Positions 52,358-64,000 of a stretch of 64,000 nt of DNA are shown here, one piece after another. A model generated the notes under the pieces. That model searched no databases and was not told the origin of the DNA. It saw only the letters and a program-made list of their open reading frames with translations. A program made the translations under genes and the position numbers. The stretch is from the NCBI GenBank assembly GCA_003427395.1, contig BFEA01000035.1, forward strand, positions 3,078,330-3,142,329, written 5' to 3'. Within the stretch, counting starts at the first letter, position 1; each line of letters starts with the position of its first letter. Source of the stretch: Chara braunii. Taxonomy: Eukaryota; Plantae; Charophyceae.

Positions 52358-55169
52358 CGACGCTGGATCTAGAGGCCGTAATGGCGGTCAAGGACCTTGA
52401 GCGCGCACCTCCCTTAGTTGACCTCTGGGTTCGTGTGTATTCAGGATGGTGGCAAGAATTCCTCCATCCTACCTGTCTTGAAACGCGGACTGAGTAAGTT
52501 AATGTGCAGGAGAGTCGGTGGGCTGTGCTAAGGGGCGGGGGACGAGCGCACCAGGGCAGAGGGGGCCGCGGGTCATAGTAGGGGTCCTACTGAACCCCTT
52601 TTGTATTGCCTGGTCTCCAAAAGCCCCAAGGGAATATCTGCTACTCCCACCAAGATCTGCATCGGGGCCCGCCTCACCAGGGCCCACGTTGCAGGCGAGC
52701 GATGGTCCGCACCCTCCACACTGGTCGCTGCTATGAGAGGTGTGTGAGCAGGCCCGCTAGGGACCCAAAAAAGGGGGGGTTCAATTCTGCTTGAGCAGAA
52801 GTGAGGAGGAGGGGAACTCTTTGTAGAGATCAATAGCGGTACTGCTGAAAATCGATCGTAGGGGGTATAGGGAGGGGGAAAGACTAATAGAACAGACTAG
52901 TAACTGGTCCCCTATGAAGTTTCTCTCAGACTGCCGGGGACAGCCTTGACCGAGGGAGTAAGGCGGGCAGTCTCGAAAGCAAGGCGAGCGCAGGAAGGAG
53001 GGTGGAGTGACTGGGACTGACGGGCGGTAGGACTAGGTCACTATGACAACGGGCGACGGGTGCTTAGACTGTGAGGCAAGGTAGAGAGCGACGGGCCGCA
53101 GCGGAGAAGGTCGGAGGAGGAATTGATAGAGGAGCTATGGAGAAACGGGGGAGCGCAGCAGGGGGAGCTTAGCACGCTCGATTCTTACCGGAATCGAGCG
53201 TGGGAAGAAACGAAGTAGGGGTTTTTGGGAAGGGCGTATATAGTGGAATGGTTAGTTTTGGTGTTAGCGTAAGAGAGTAGGAGTTAGAAGGTAAAGTGGT
53301 TGTGCGGAGGTAGAGTGAAGGACAGGATATGGCAGAACAGGAAAGGAGGTTTCTCCTCCGACATTGAATGAAAACAGGCAGGGGTGGATCCAAATCAGGG
53401 GGTTTTGGGGCGGGCGGCCCCGAATCTGAGGTTAGATTAGCGGGAGAATTAGTGTAGGAAACGCTTAGTGAGAAAAAAATGTGCGCGGGAAGCCTGGGCT
53501 ATGGAAGAAGAAAAGGGCAAAAGGAGTCGTACGTCCCCGTTCCTTAACGAATTCCAGCAAGGTAAGAGTCGAACCCAATGTTTTGGAGGGGTGCGAGATA
53601 GATTATGGAGCTAGTTTTCAACGTTAGGGGGTAGGTTTTGGGATCTGACAGATAAGGGTTGCGCCCGAGGAGGAGTGAGTTCGAGACTTCATGTATTTGG
53701 CTGTTTTCCAGTCACGGATTCATTTTGCTTTTTCGTTTGCCTATACTAACGTCGAAAGTAGCCTCTCGGAGTGTTTTGTCGGATTCTAACGGGAGGTTCG
53801 ATATCACTCTGCGCAGCCGGTGTTACAGGATTATAGTAGGGCGTGTGTGTCACTGCTCCATTGAGAGGACATGGGAAAGTGGCGATACAGTCGAGGAGAA
53901 GGCATCAACAGAGTGAAAGAGTGAGGAAGGGCCTAAGAGCAAGATCGGAGTGACACTTACCATGGAGTTGAATGTGGCTATATTCTAGCCTATTATTTTT
54001 TTGCGTATTGGCAAACTACTCAGTTGATGCTTGGTTGAAGCTGCCGATTTGCATACGTAAGTTTGAATCCGACAGAACTACAATAAAATAATTCTGATTT
54101 ATGAAGTATCCGATGACCCTCATGATATCGATAGCTCTAACTGGGCACTCAGTGAGCTGCACTCAGATAAGAGAGAGAGAGGAAATGAAAGAAGAGAGCG
54201 ATACATACCTAGCCCGGGTGGTGGCCTACGTGGTTGGCATCAAAATGTTCGGGGTGCCAGCGGAGTTCCTTTATCCTGCCCGTTTTTGAAGCATGCAACG
54301 AGGAGCTCAACGTGCATGTGAGCTAGCCCATGAGGCGGACGAAACTTGGGTGATGGGAATCTGCCAACCACAGGCTCCTGTGAGAGTTTGAGTGAGTGAG
54401 GCGAGAGAGAACTCAGATAGGAACATACAATCAGATGGGCGTGCAAGTCATTCATAGAACTCAGATGTAGGGGCAAAAGGTTATTAGCACTAAGTTTGGT
54501 TGAGGCGGTCTGTTTATTGCCAGACAACATAGGAGTCAGGGGCAACCTTAATGGGAGTTGAGGTTTTGTGAGGAGTAGAAGGACGAAGCTTGTTTGACTT
54601 GACTTCAAGTTCGAATACAAAATGTGTGGGCAGGTCTGATCGTCTGCCCAGCAAGTGCGTCTGAATCTGATCTCCACTACTCAAACAGATTGTGGGCTTC
54701 CGTGTTGTTGGCATTGCTATGCGAGCTTACTGTTGAAGCATCGCTATGTCACTGTATGTTTGGTTTTAGGTGTTTTGGCATGCTTTGTTAGGCAAGTCAT
54801 ATAAGCTAAGTACTTTTTATGTGTCTTGTGGCACAAAAATTCCAAAGATGTGTTGAAGGTTTTTCGTTGCTTGGTTTACTGAGCAAAACCGTGGCATATT
54901 GTGCTCATGTTGTGCGTTACCGTGGTACCTACTGCTACGCTGCTCTGCGTGCAACATTCTATGAGGATCTTGCTGCATCTTGCTCCCCTTTGCTTGCCTT
55001 TGTGATGCGTGCTATTACGGTGTTTGATTGTTGTGCACGGTTACCTTACATATTTTCGTTTACCGTGTACTACTGTGAGGCGTATAGTTGTGCACAGTGG
55101 CTGAGGCGCTGCGCTTTGCTACATAATGTTGCATTTTATCTACGTTCTATTAGAGCACACGGGGTGTGT

Positions 55170-58100
55170 CCTATTTGGATGTGGTCTTCTAAGGCAAGGA
55201 GGTCATTGCTGTGAATTAGAGGATGTCAGGGAGTCAGCGGTTGAAGGGTGATTCAAGTTCACCGGACTATTGAGCACTTTGGCTGCCATTGTGGGTTCCT
55301 CAGGCAATGGAAGATAACAAGATCCTCTCCTGGGAGTTGAGTCAGTCCCTCTCCTGTGTCTCAAGAGTCTCAAACGCCTCCTTCTGCCCTTCTTAATCTA
55401 AGTTTAATCCTGTTCCGAGAGGAAGGCGGCAGACGAGATTGCAACCCGTAGGACCGCAGCAAGACTCTGTGGGGAGTCAGCCCACTGATTGTGGGAGCTC
55501 TGCCGGAACTCATGAGGAATTATGGAGGCAGAGAACTGAGAGGTAACTGTTGCTTTTCATATATAAACCCAGTATAACCCATATTTGTATCCCTTGTTAT
55601 GTTTGACTAAGCATACTGTGTGTACCCTTACTTTGACTTTGAGTTTGACTTTCAGAATTTAAACCAGACTTAAATAAAGGAAGGCATGCGCAATGCCAGT
55701 TTCAGTTTTGCTGTTTGATTGAAAGCAGATTGTGGGATTGCATCTGGGGGAAGGATGGGAGGAAGGCAGGATTACTTGCCTGACTAGGTCAAACAAAGAC
55801 TGGGCAAGTCTCCATAAGCTTGGGGAGACCCAATGCTATGTTTATTTTCAGATTGTTCGGAGAACCAGACATGTTTCATAAGTTTGGGTGGTTTGTTTGC
55901 TCTGACTTGCGAGGGTTGGTTGTGATTGATATTTTAGGAACCAGACACTTTCCCATAAGTTTGGGTGGCTTGATTGCCTGGTTGATTTTGGGTTTTCTCA
56001 GTTTATTTTAGTTATGAACGAGGGGGTCTGAGCATGTTCCATAAGTTTGAGTAACTCAATCCCTTCTTGTTTTATTTAAAGGGAACGGATCAGGCAGAGA
56101 GTCAGACATGTTCCATAAGTTTGGGTGGTCTTGGTCCAATGCCACATACATGCTGGAACCAGAAGGTTATAACTTGACTATATTTTATTACTATCCTACT
56201 TATGAACATGCTAGTCAGACAAGGTTTCGTAAGTTTGGGTGGTCTGACTATAGCTTATCACAAACTGAAGAGGGTATGAACTAAGAATAAACTTGTGGTA
56301 CGAAGGGGCAGACTGAACCTCGAGCTAAAAATGATCGGTTCAGTTATATGCTACCTCAAAAGACTAAGTGCAGATAATTATATAAAACTTGGATACTTGA
56401 ACAGTTCCGGGTGACTAGGGTGGCCTAGTCATTTGCCCAAGGAAGAGAAAAGTTGTTGTGCCCTTTGTTTGTGTATATTCAATGGTTGAGCTAGACATGT
56501 TCCATAAGTTTGGGTGGTCTAGCTTTATGCCTTATGTAAGCTGGGTATAAAGGGATAAATCATTGAAAGACTTTATTTTTTTATTTGATAAGTTAACTTT
56601 GGGTTGGTGAGAGTACTTACCTTTGTGGTTTGACCTTGCATGTGACTGAGTGAGATTACTACTTGGTCTGATTTTCAGTTGTCTGGTAGTTGCTTTAGAT
56701 GCTCGCCACATGCTAGAGCCATAAGAGTTAGTTTCAATTACTGCATTTTTTTGGCTAAGTTTATTTTTACTAAGGTCGATTTCTGCATTTTTTTGGATTA
56801 TTTATTATACTTGGTCTTGTACAAATCCTGGTAAGTCACTTTCTCTACGGGAAGCGCTGCCAAAATTTTTACAAAACCAAGGAGTTAGTCAGATTTTGTC
56901 TTTTTAAAGTTGACTTGTATATATGGCTTAGTAAAAATCTGTAAAGTGTCATTTTTTAAGGGGAGTGTTGCCCAATTTTTTGCTAATTCAGAGAGTTAGA
57001 CAAAATTGGACCTTGAGAAGTCAAAGTCACTCTAGATTAGCACTTTCCTGAAGGGAGTGCTGCCGAAATTTGTGCAAATCTAAGGAGTTAGTTAAATTAT
57101 GTCTTAGTTGAACTCAGGTTGTGCTCTGGTTTCATATTTGACTTAGTAAAAATCTGGAAAGTCTTCTTTTCTAAAGGGAGTGCTGCCCAAATTTTTACTA
57201 TTTCAGAGAGTTAGACAAAATTTGACTTTCCAGAATTAGAGATTGTTTTTGTTTTCATATTTGAGTTATTATAGATTCTAATAAGGCACTTTTCCTACGG
57301 GAAGCGGTGCCGAAATTTTCTTAGTTTAAAAGAGTTAGATTATATTTTGACAGGTGACGATTCTGGCAATCCACTTTGTATAGAGGAGATTCCGCCTAGG
57401 GTCTGCCCTTTCTTTGGGCACTAGCTTAGAGGTAGTCTTAGACTTAGTTTGTAGGAGAACCTTGAGTAAGATTGTGACATGAAGATTATTCTCCATGGAC
57501 TTGTAGATTTAGCTTCGGGATTGACCTGTCTTGTATTACAGGTCCTCTTGATCGTCTGATTCAAGATTTGGACTAGATTCAGCTTGATCCCATAAGGATC
57601 ATCTTCTGTTATCACTGATAACAGGTCGGTTGTCGATTCATCGGTCTACTACTCAACTCCAATTCACTCTTGTCACTCAACCTAAAGACTTTAGCCCTGT
57701 AGTTTGAATTGTTTCGTTGTGTTTTCGCCCGGGCTTTATTTGAATGACCATTTAAGAAAAGTACTTAGTATTTTATGTTGAGGAGTTTCACAAGAGTGAG
57801 GCTTGCATGACTAAAGCGAGGGGTGTGAGTGCAGGGAATGGTTGAAGTTGACCCCGTGTCGTGCACGAACTTTTGGTTGAATCTTTGATGTGATTGAAGG
57901 TATGTTTGGTAGTTCGGACTTTGGATTTGACTGCCTGCGATCATAGACATATATATGGTTGAAAAGAGTCCCACTGTGATTGTGAGAAGTGATCGTCACA
58001 TAATTATAACCCTATATATATATATATATATGTAAATACATATGTCTTAAGTGTTTCGCGCGACCTACTGTGACCAAGCGTAAGGGTTAAACAAATTATG

Positions 58101-59121
58101 TTCTTGAGAGAAAAGGGAGATCCTCTTTTATCCTTTGTTTTTTGGAGTTTTTATAGTTGAACGTTGTACTCCGTGGCAGTCATCAAAATCAAACCCCTTG
58201 ATTTCTCTCTAGACCCTGGATGATAAAGCTGGTCTCCTATGCGATAAGAGACGATTGCCACCACATGTATGAACCTGTGTACCACCCACTCTCCGTAGGG
58301 TGCAGAAGAGGGTGTGGTTCTCAACCGCACTTGGCGGTTGTCCAACGTCGAGAGATCAATCCCTCAAGGTGCGTATCAGCCGACACTTGAGTGTCGAATG
58401 CGACCCTTGACTAATGAGGACCGCATGAGTATGGGCACTACATAGTACGCCATCATTACGATTGCTTGCGTATGCTTGCATTGTGAGTCAATATGAGCTA
58501 GCTCCGCGTCTGCGCGGTTTTATACAAAGTCTCGCGCACGTCGTCTATCCAATTGCCGCATCGGAAAGTTATGAGATTGCTATTAAGGGACTAGGGGTGT
58601 TGTCGCGTTGTTTGTTCTGTATCGTTCTGTATATGTACGTGCGGGTGCGTGTTTTAATTTTTATGTCTTTAGAGTGGTGTACGCATGGTGTGTGGGATAC
58701 GTCCTAGTCGACCGACGACGAGTCGCGCTTGGGACCTCATCCCCCCAAGACGTCGGTTTGGGTGCGGTTCCGATAGAGGCGTAAAACCGCGTGTACCCCC
58801 TATGCTACAGCGAACGAGAAACACCCTCGGCTGGTCCACCTCTACGATTGCAACTGATTAGCTTTCGTACTGTAGACGGGTAGCTCGACGAGGATACGCC
58901 CACCGAAGGGAGGTAACGACTCCCGTAAGGTGGAGGTAAGTCGTGCCTCGCGTTGGCCTTATCCTGTTGTAGGGGCTCGCGAGAGGTATGACTGGCGCAC
59001 TCGGCCTGAGGCTTGCGGAAGCTCTATGTGTATTAGCGAGGAGGATCGGACCTACTCGTGCGTGACGCGGTCGGGAGGGTCCCGCCCCATTTTGTGCGGT
59101 GCTATACCGATGCGCTCGACA
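55170..59121. repeat. Right arm of the inverted repeat
   Basis: Ends ACCGATGCGCTCGACA; contains CCATAAGTTTGGGTGG and GGGAGTGCTGCC arrays. Confidence 0.9.
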
Positions 59122-62100
59122 ACGCCTAAGTCAAGGAGCACCAGAGCAAAATAATAAATATAACACAATAAATAATAAAAATAATTAGAAATTTTGAATT
59201 GTTAGAATATGACGAATGAAGAAAAAAAAAACGTTAGCACCGTTTTAACGGCCCCGATGACGAAACCAAAGGGGATTGCCCCGCCTGACCCTCAACCCCT
59301 CGGTCTCTCCGCGCCGTTCCGATACTCTTGTGCTGCTGCCACTGCCCTCGATCTTTCAATCTCCCTGTTGAAAGTTGGACACTGTAACCAATAGCGCTAG
59401 GCGGAAGACTGGGTCTAGTGTTGACGGACACCAAAATAAAACGGATACTACTCGACACGCAGATCTACCGAAACGTTTCAAAATCACATTGTTGTCGATG
59501 TCGTCTTCCACACGTACGCACAAGTCACAGGCAGGCGCACCAATCAAGAGACAATTTTTTTTAATCCTAGCTTAATAAAAACTAAAAATTTGGTTGGCAA
59601 TCGCGCGGCTCTTCAATCATTAACAAGAAAAAATCATGCACACCTTATGTCTGCGCATCCACACATTCTCTACTCCAGTCAACTGTCCAGTCAACGCAAA
59701 CCACGAACGCAACTACACCTCGCACGGTATACTTAATCTTTTAACCAAACTTATTTTTCTATCGCTTGCAAAAAACAGGGCGGATACTCTTGTAAGGGTA
59801 TTCGCACCGACAACTTACATGACCATATTAAGCGATGTCCCCGTCGCTTCGCAGAATAAAAAAATTATTAGTCCATCCATGATCCAAATTGTTGACGGGA
59901 AAGGAACCAATCCGATTCGCCAACAGACTCCGGTTCAAGGTCTTCATCAATCCATGTCAAAGGCAACTATATGTTGTCAGGATTCTAAACTTGGTCTCCA
60001 TTGTTCTGACACTAGGATGGCGGTGTACTAGACATACGTACTACAACATAACTTCCAACAACCTTCTCAACCGTCTTCTCCCCATTGTCCTCGATAAACG
60101 TCGACTTCTCGTTAAGTGTCTCATTTAGTCTCTACCCTACAAGCAGGGCTATAACTAGAGACGCGGGTCCTAACCGAGACCTTTAAAGACACTCTTGCCT
60201 CCCTCCAATAATTCTCACAATCAAGTATATATATATTATATATATATATATATATCTTATCTAAGACTCTTCCCGCAGTTTAATACAGGAATGTCAAGTC
60301 TCCATCTTGGTCCACCATAGTCTAGGTGATCGAGTCAGATTTACTGTCGTCCACGTTGTTATTTTAGCGGTAGTGCCCTCGCAGGTTAAGCCACAATAGG
60401 CTTTCTCCTGATAAACATTCAATCAGGACTCTTTAAAAAAACTCAATTGAATCGACTCCTATCCCAACGCCCTCCTGTAGGAGTAAAACCCTCTCGGACA
60501 GCTACACCCTTTAAGTCTTTACTCCGTTGGTAAGACGCAGGCCCGCTGTTCAGGTTACGCCGATCAGCAGCCAACACTAGGGGTTGCGCCCTAGTGATGT
60601 TAAACTTTACCGTTAGTTTAGTCTTTCCTGCGAATGTCCTAAGATTAACACAAGTGGTTGGACGGTGTGTCGCAACGATACATGTGTATTTGCGGGACTA
60701 CGCAAAGGTCTGCCACACATAAAGGCATTTACCAGTCTTCAATGGGACAACACGAAGAACACAACATCCTCTCCACATTTGACAAAACAAAATCACGGTC
60801 AGATTCACAAGGCCATGACCTCCTAATTTGATCAGAGTAAGAGGGTCACACAAATTAATGACATCTTCCAAAGAAATCACTCTTGCGACCTCGAAAATTT
60901 CACCAATGATCAAACAAAAACTTGGTTCTTCTTGTCAGACTTTATCTTTCAAATCAGTTTTCCATAACATTGAATCTGTTAACCACCTTTCAAGGAGGTC
61001 TCACTCATTAGGTCTCCCAGTCATTCCTATCTCTTTAGGATGAACTTTTACACGACCTTTTTAAAAGACCTCTACTGAAGATGAGTCTCCAAATGAAAAA
61101 ATAACCACCTTCCTTCTTGGAGGTGTCTGAACCATAAAACCACTTAGCACGTGAGAGACCAACTTATCGGTTCAGGTCACAACACAACAATAAACATTCG
61201 GCATGGTAAGCGTTCAAGTCTCAAAGAGTCATAAATCTCTTAGGGTTCTGACATCCTTCACGAAAACAAACTGCATTTCCTCCCCTTATACCTGGTCTTA
61301 TCATCTGTCGATGGGCAGGTCGCACGAGTATACCGAAAAGTAGGCAGTTCATACCCATTCGCATTCACAAAATACACAATATACGAGATGTTTCTCATAC
61401 ATCTCTCACACAAAGCCATCATACATCAGGATAAAACCACACATGTGAGAGTGATTGTGACCGCCATATATAAGTAGTCTGAGGTAAAATCTCAATTCAA
61501 TATACACTTAGGGGTATAATCACACAAAACCATGGTCTCCTTGACTAGAGCTAAGCTAAAACCACTCTAATCAAGGTGTAATTGCATCCCTCAAATCGGA
61601 GGAATCCAAGTAACTCAAGACATATCCAAATATCCAAAAGTAACACAAAACCCACCATGCCTCGATCGATCAAAAGTTGACAGCGGTCTTGAGTCAGAAT
61701 GTTGTGCATATTTTTCTCTCACATCTCAACATAACTCACAAGAGAAGAGATCTAGCAGATCAACCCTCGAGGTTATAGAATCCTGAAAACGTAAACTTAA
61801 AGCCCATAAAAACTCAATATATCTTATATATATTTATAGGCGTATAGGCAGGTACACCCTCCCAACTCAGGTTGATATGGCTTAGAAAAAAACTCAATCC
61901 TCAAGTACAATCACCTTATCTCAAATCTTAGGGTGATATTCCGAGAGGAAAGTACGTGTCTAAAGGGACATGCATCATAGTCAAAGTCACACGAGTGTTC
62001 TTAACAAGATAATATTCTTACGTCTCTCAGTATAATCAAACTTATGTTACAAGTCATATCCTCGACCATCTCTTATCCTCATCATGCTGTAAATGCGTGA

Positions 62101-62499
62101 GGCTCACTTTCATGTTTTGATCATGCTCTAATCATTCTTCCCTTTAGCAGACACAAGAATTTATGAGGCGCTTACTCAATCTAATATGAGACTCTTTCTG
62201 ATTCAACATATACACTCAACACACTAAAAGCATGTATGTACATCTTCTAACTCACGTGGTATACAATCAGGATCTTACCGATTAAACACGGAGTTGGGAT
62301 CACACATAGCCTACTACCCTAACTCCTCTGTCCACATATATACAACCGGACTTATTAAAAAACGTCCTAAGCAATCTAAGGTCAACCTCTGGCTGAAACC
62401 TTCCCAAGCCTAAGGGTTAATCACCTCCTCACACTACGGTACTTTCTTTTAACCCTGACCCTTTTATCATTTTCCACATCCTTCAGTCATCTTATCCAC

Positions 62500-63620
62500 C
62501 TTTCTCGTACCTTTGGCTGCTTTACCTATCCTGACTACCATCAGAACTGCCGTTCATCGTACCTTTTTCTTCCTTGCATTCCACTTATGGTTTTGTTTGT
62601 GTCCATCACGCCCTCTAGTACCTCCTCTGCTGCCATCATGTCCTATATTGTTGCGTTTGCCATCCCCGCGGCCCCTTCCAACCTCCTGTCTTTGGCCTCC
62701 TCCACCGGCCACGCTGCCTTGGGACATTAGTTTTGTCGACGACTGCAACGGTCTGATAGGCTGAGTTGGTTGAGTTTGGGCTGCTGGAGGCCTAAGCGGC
62801 ATCATGCTCACCTATGAATCCAAATAACTGCCTTGTGCCCATGACATATATGGACTATACATCGGCCACAGACTCATTTGATGGCATGGCGCCCGCTGCC
62901 CATATAATACCCGCTCAGTCGACAGAGGTTCTTTTCACGTTGCTTTATCTCCCAATTCTTGCGAGCTGGTCGTTACTTGCCACGAACATTGCCCCTTTCC
63001 GGTACCTTGACCTCCCTGGACTAGGTTCCTCGCTTTTCGCCGAGCCTTCGTTAACTTGGGAGGTTTACGTTCGTCCTTTACCTCAATCACCATTTTACTT
63101 TCAACTTTCCCCTAAGCACTAGTCCGTCTTCTCGGGGTTCCCCTAAGGAGGAGTAACTATATGTCATCACCCTTTGCTCCTCCTTCATCCTAACCAGCCG
63201 GCTCATTTGAGGCACCCTCTAAAACCTTCCGTTTGCCCTTCCTAACGTCTTCCAGTCGCGTCAACCTTTCTTCCAATATTCCCACTTGTCTTTGTATACC
63301 ACTCAACTCTCTTTGTGTTGACGCAACTCTAGCTGGTTGCACAAGACTCCTACGATGTGGACTCTCTATTCCAACTTATGAAAACCTTAGCCTGAAAGAA
63401 GCGTCCATCTCACCCCAAGTTTGCGACTTGAATATGAGAGTATATACCTCCTCACTCAATTCTATGCAGACGAACAATGACAACATGCTCCACATCGCCT
63501 TTTCGTCCCACATCTTCACGAGACTGAAGCCATGATAGTCGCGTAGGAAGGCAGACAAGTTCCTTCTTTCAAATATCAGGGTTCAAAGGTCTGGGATCAT
63601 TGAGCCGTGTACCGACTCGC
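62500..63620 (-). mobile_element. Probable degenerate gypsy-type gag region
   Basis: FERRNLSAFLRDY...W...LFV..EL..EV..L.....W......LRF, followed by a Gly/Arg-rich segment; stops present. Confidence 0.5.
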
Positions 63621-64000
63621 GCAACAACACTTTGGTGAAACATGTACTTCTCCAGAAGAGGATTTTAGCGAAACCACTTCCTTTAGTCATGATGTCGAGG
63701 TCAACCTGGCAAGCATGATAAACAATGGATGACCAAGTTGTAACACAAGAAAGCTCAAAACAAATAAGGGCTAGTAAAACTGCTAATATTCAAACCACAC
63801 TAATTATTTTCTCGTCCACACAACGAGACCTTAATTTTAGTTACCCTTACTCTAACTTTAAGGGTACTATAAACAATATACACCCCACATAGACAGAGCT
63901 TTCAAAGCCAGCCATAGGGAGTCAGTAACCGCAGCCACAAAAATCGATGACCCTTGCACTCGTACTACATAGTAAGGTGGTCGAAGACAAATTTGTGAGA

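Noticed and set aside
55811-56520. Repeat-spacer pattern as a CRISPR array
   Set aside because: Repeats are short and degenerate, spacer lengths vary widely, no cas genes are present, and the context is eukaryotic.

Overview
Repeat-rich eukaryotic (streptophyte-like) nuclear DNA. The style resembles Chara, but that is inference. The only host gene I recognise is the 3' part of ATG1 (three exons on +, 1196-9756). Its 6.8-kb intron holds an antisense chromovirus remnant and a ~4.1-kb trinucleotide-repeat block. The rest is transposon debris: a two-LTR but decayed Ty3/gypsy chromovirus (19121-29749) inserted in one copy of a tandem duplication, L1-type LINE fragments, gag fragments, MITE/foldback elements, and a group II intron maturase fragment inside a LINE. 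Two further features stand out. First, six short retroposon-like tails cluster at 40.7-46.3 kb; they share a covarying hairpin plus candidate pseudoknot, and four have poly(A) tails and target-site duplications (TSDs). Second, a ~15-kb diverged inverted-repeat domain (44.8-59.8 kb) carries internal motif arrays homogenised within each arm. One segment (36883-37060) is a Nextera mate-pair assembly artefact. Most ORF-track entries are spurious. All alignments and folds were done by eye.
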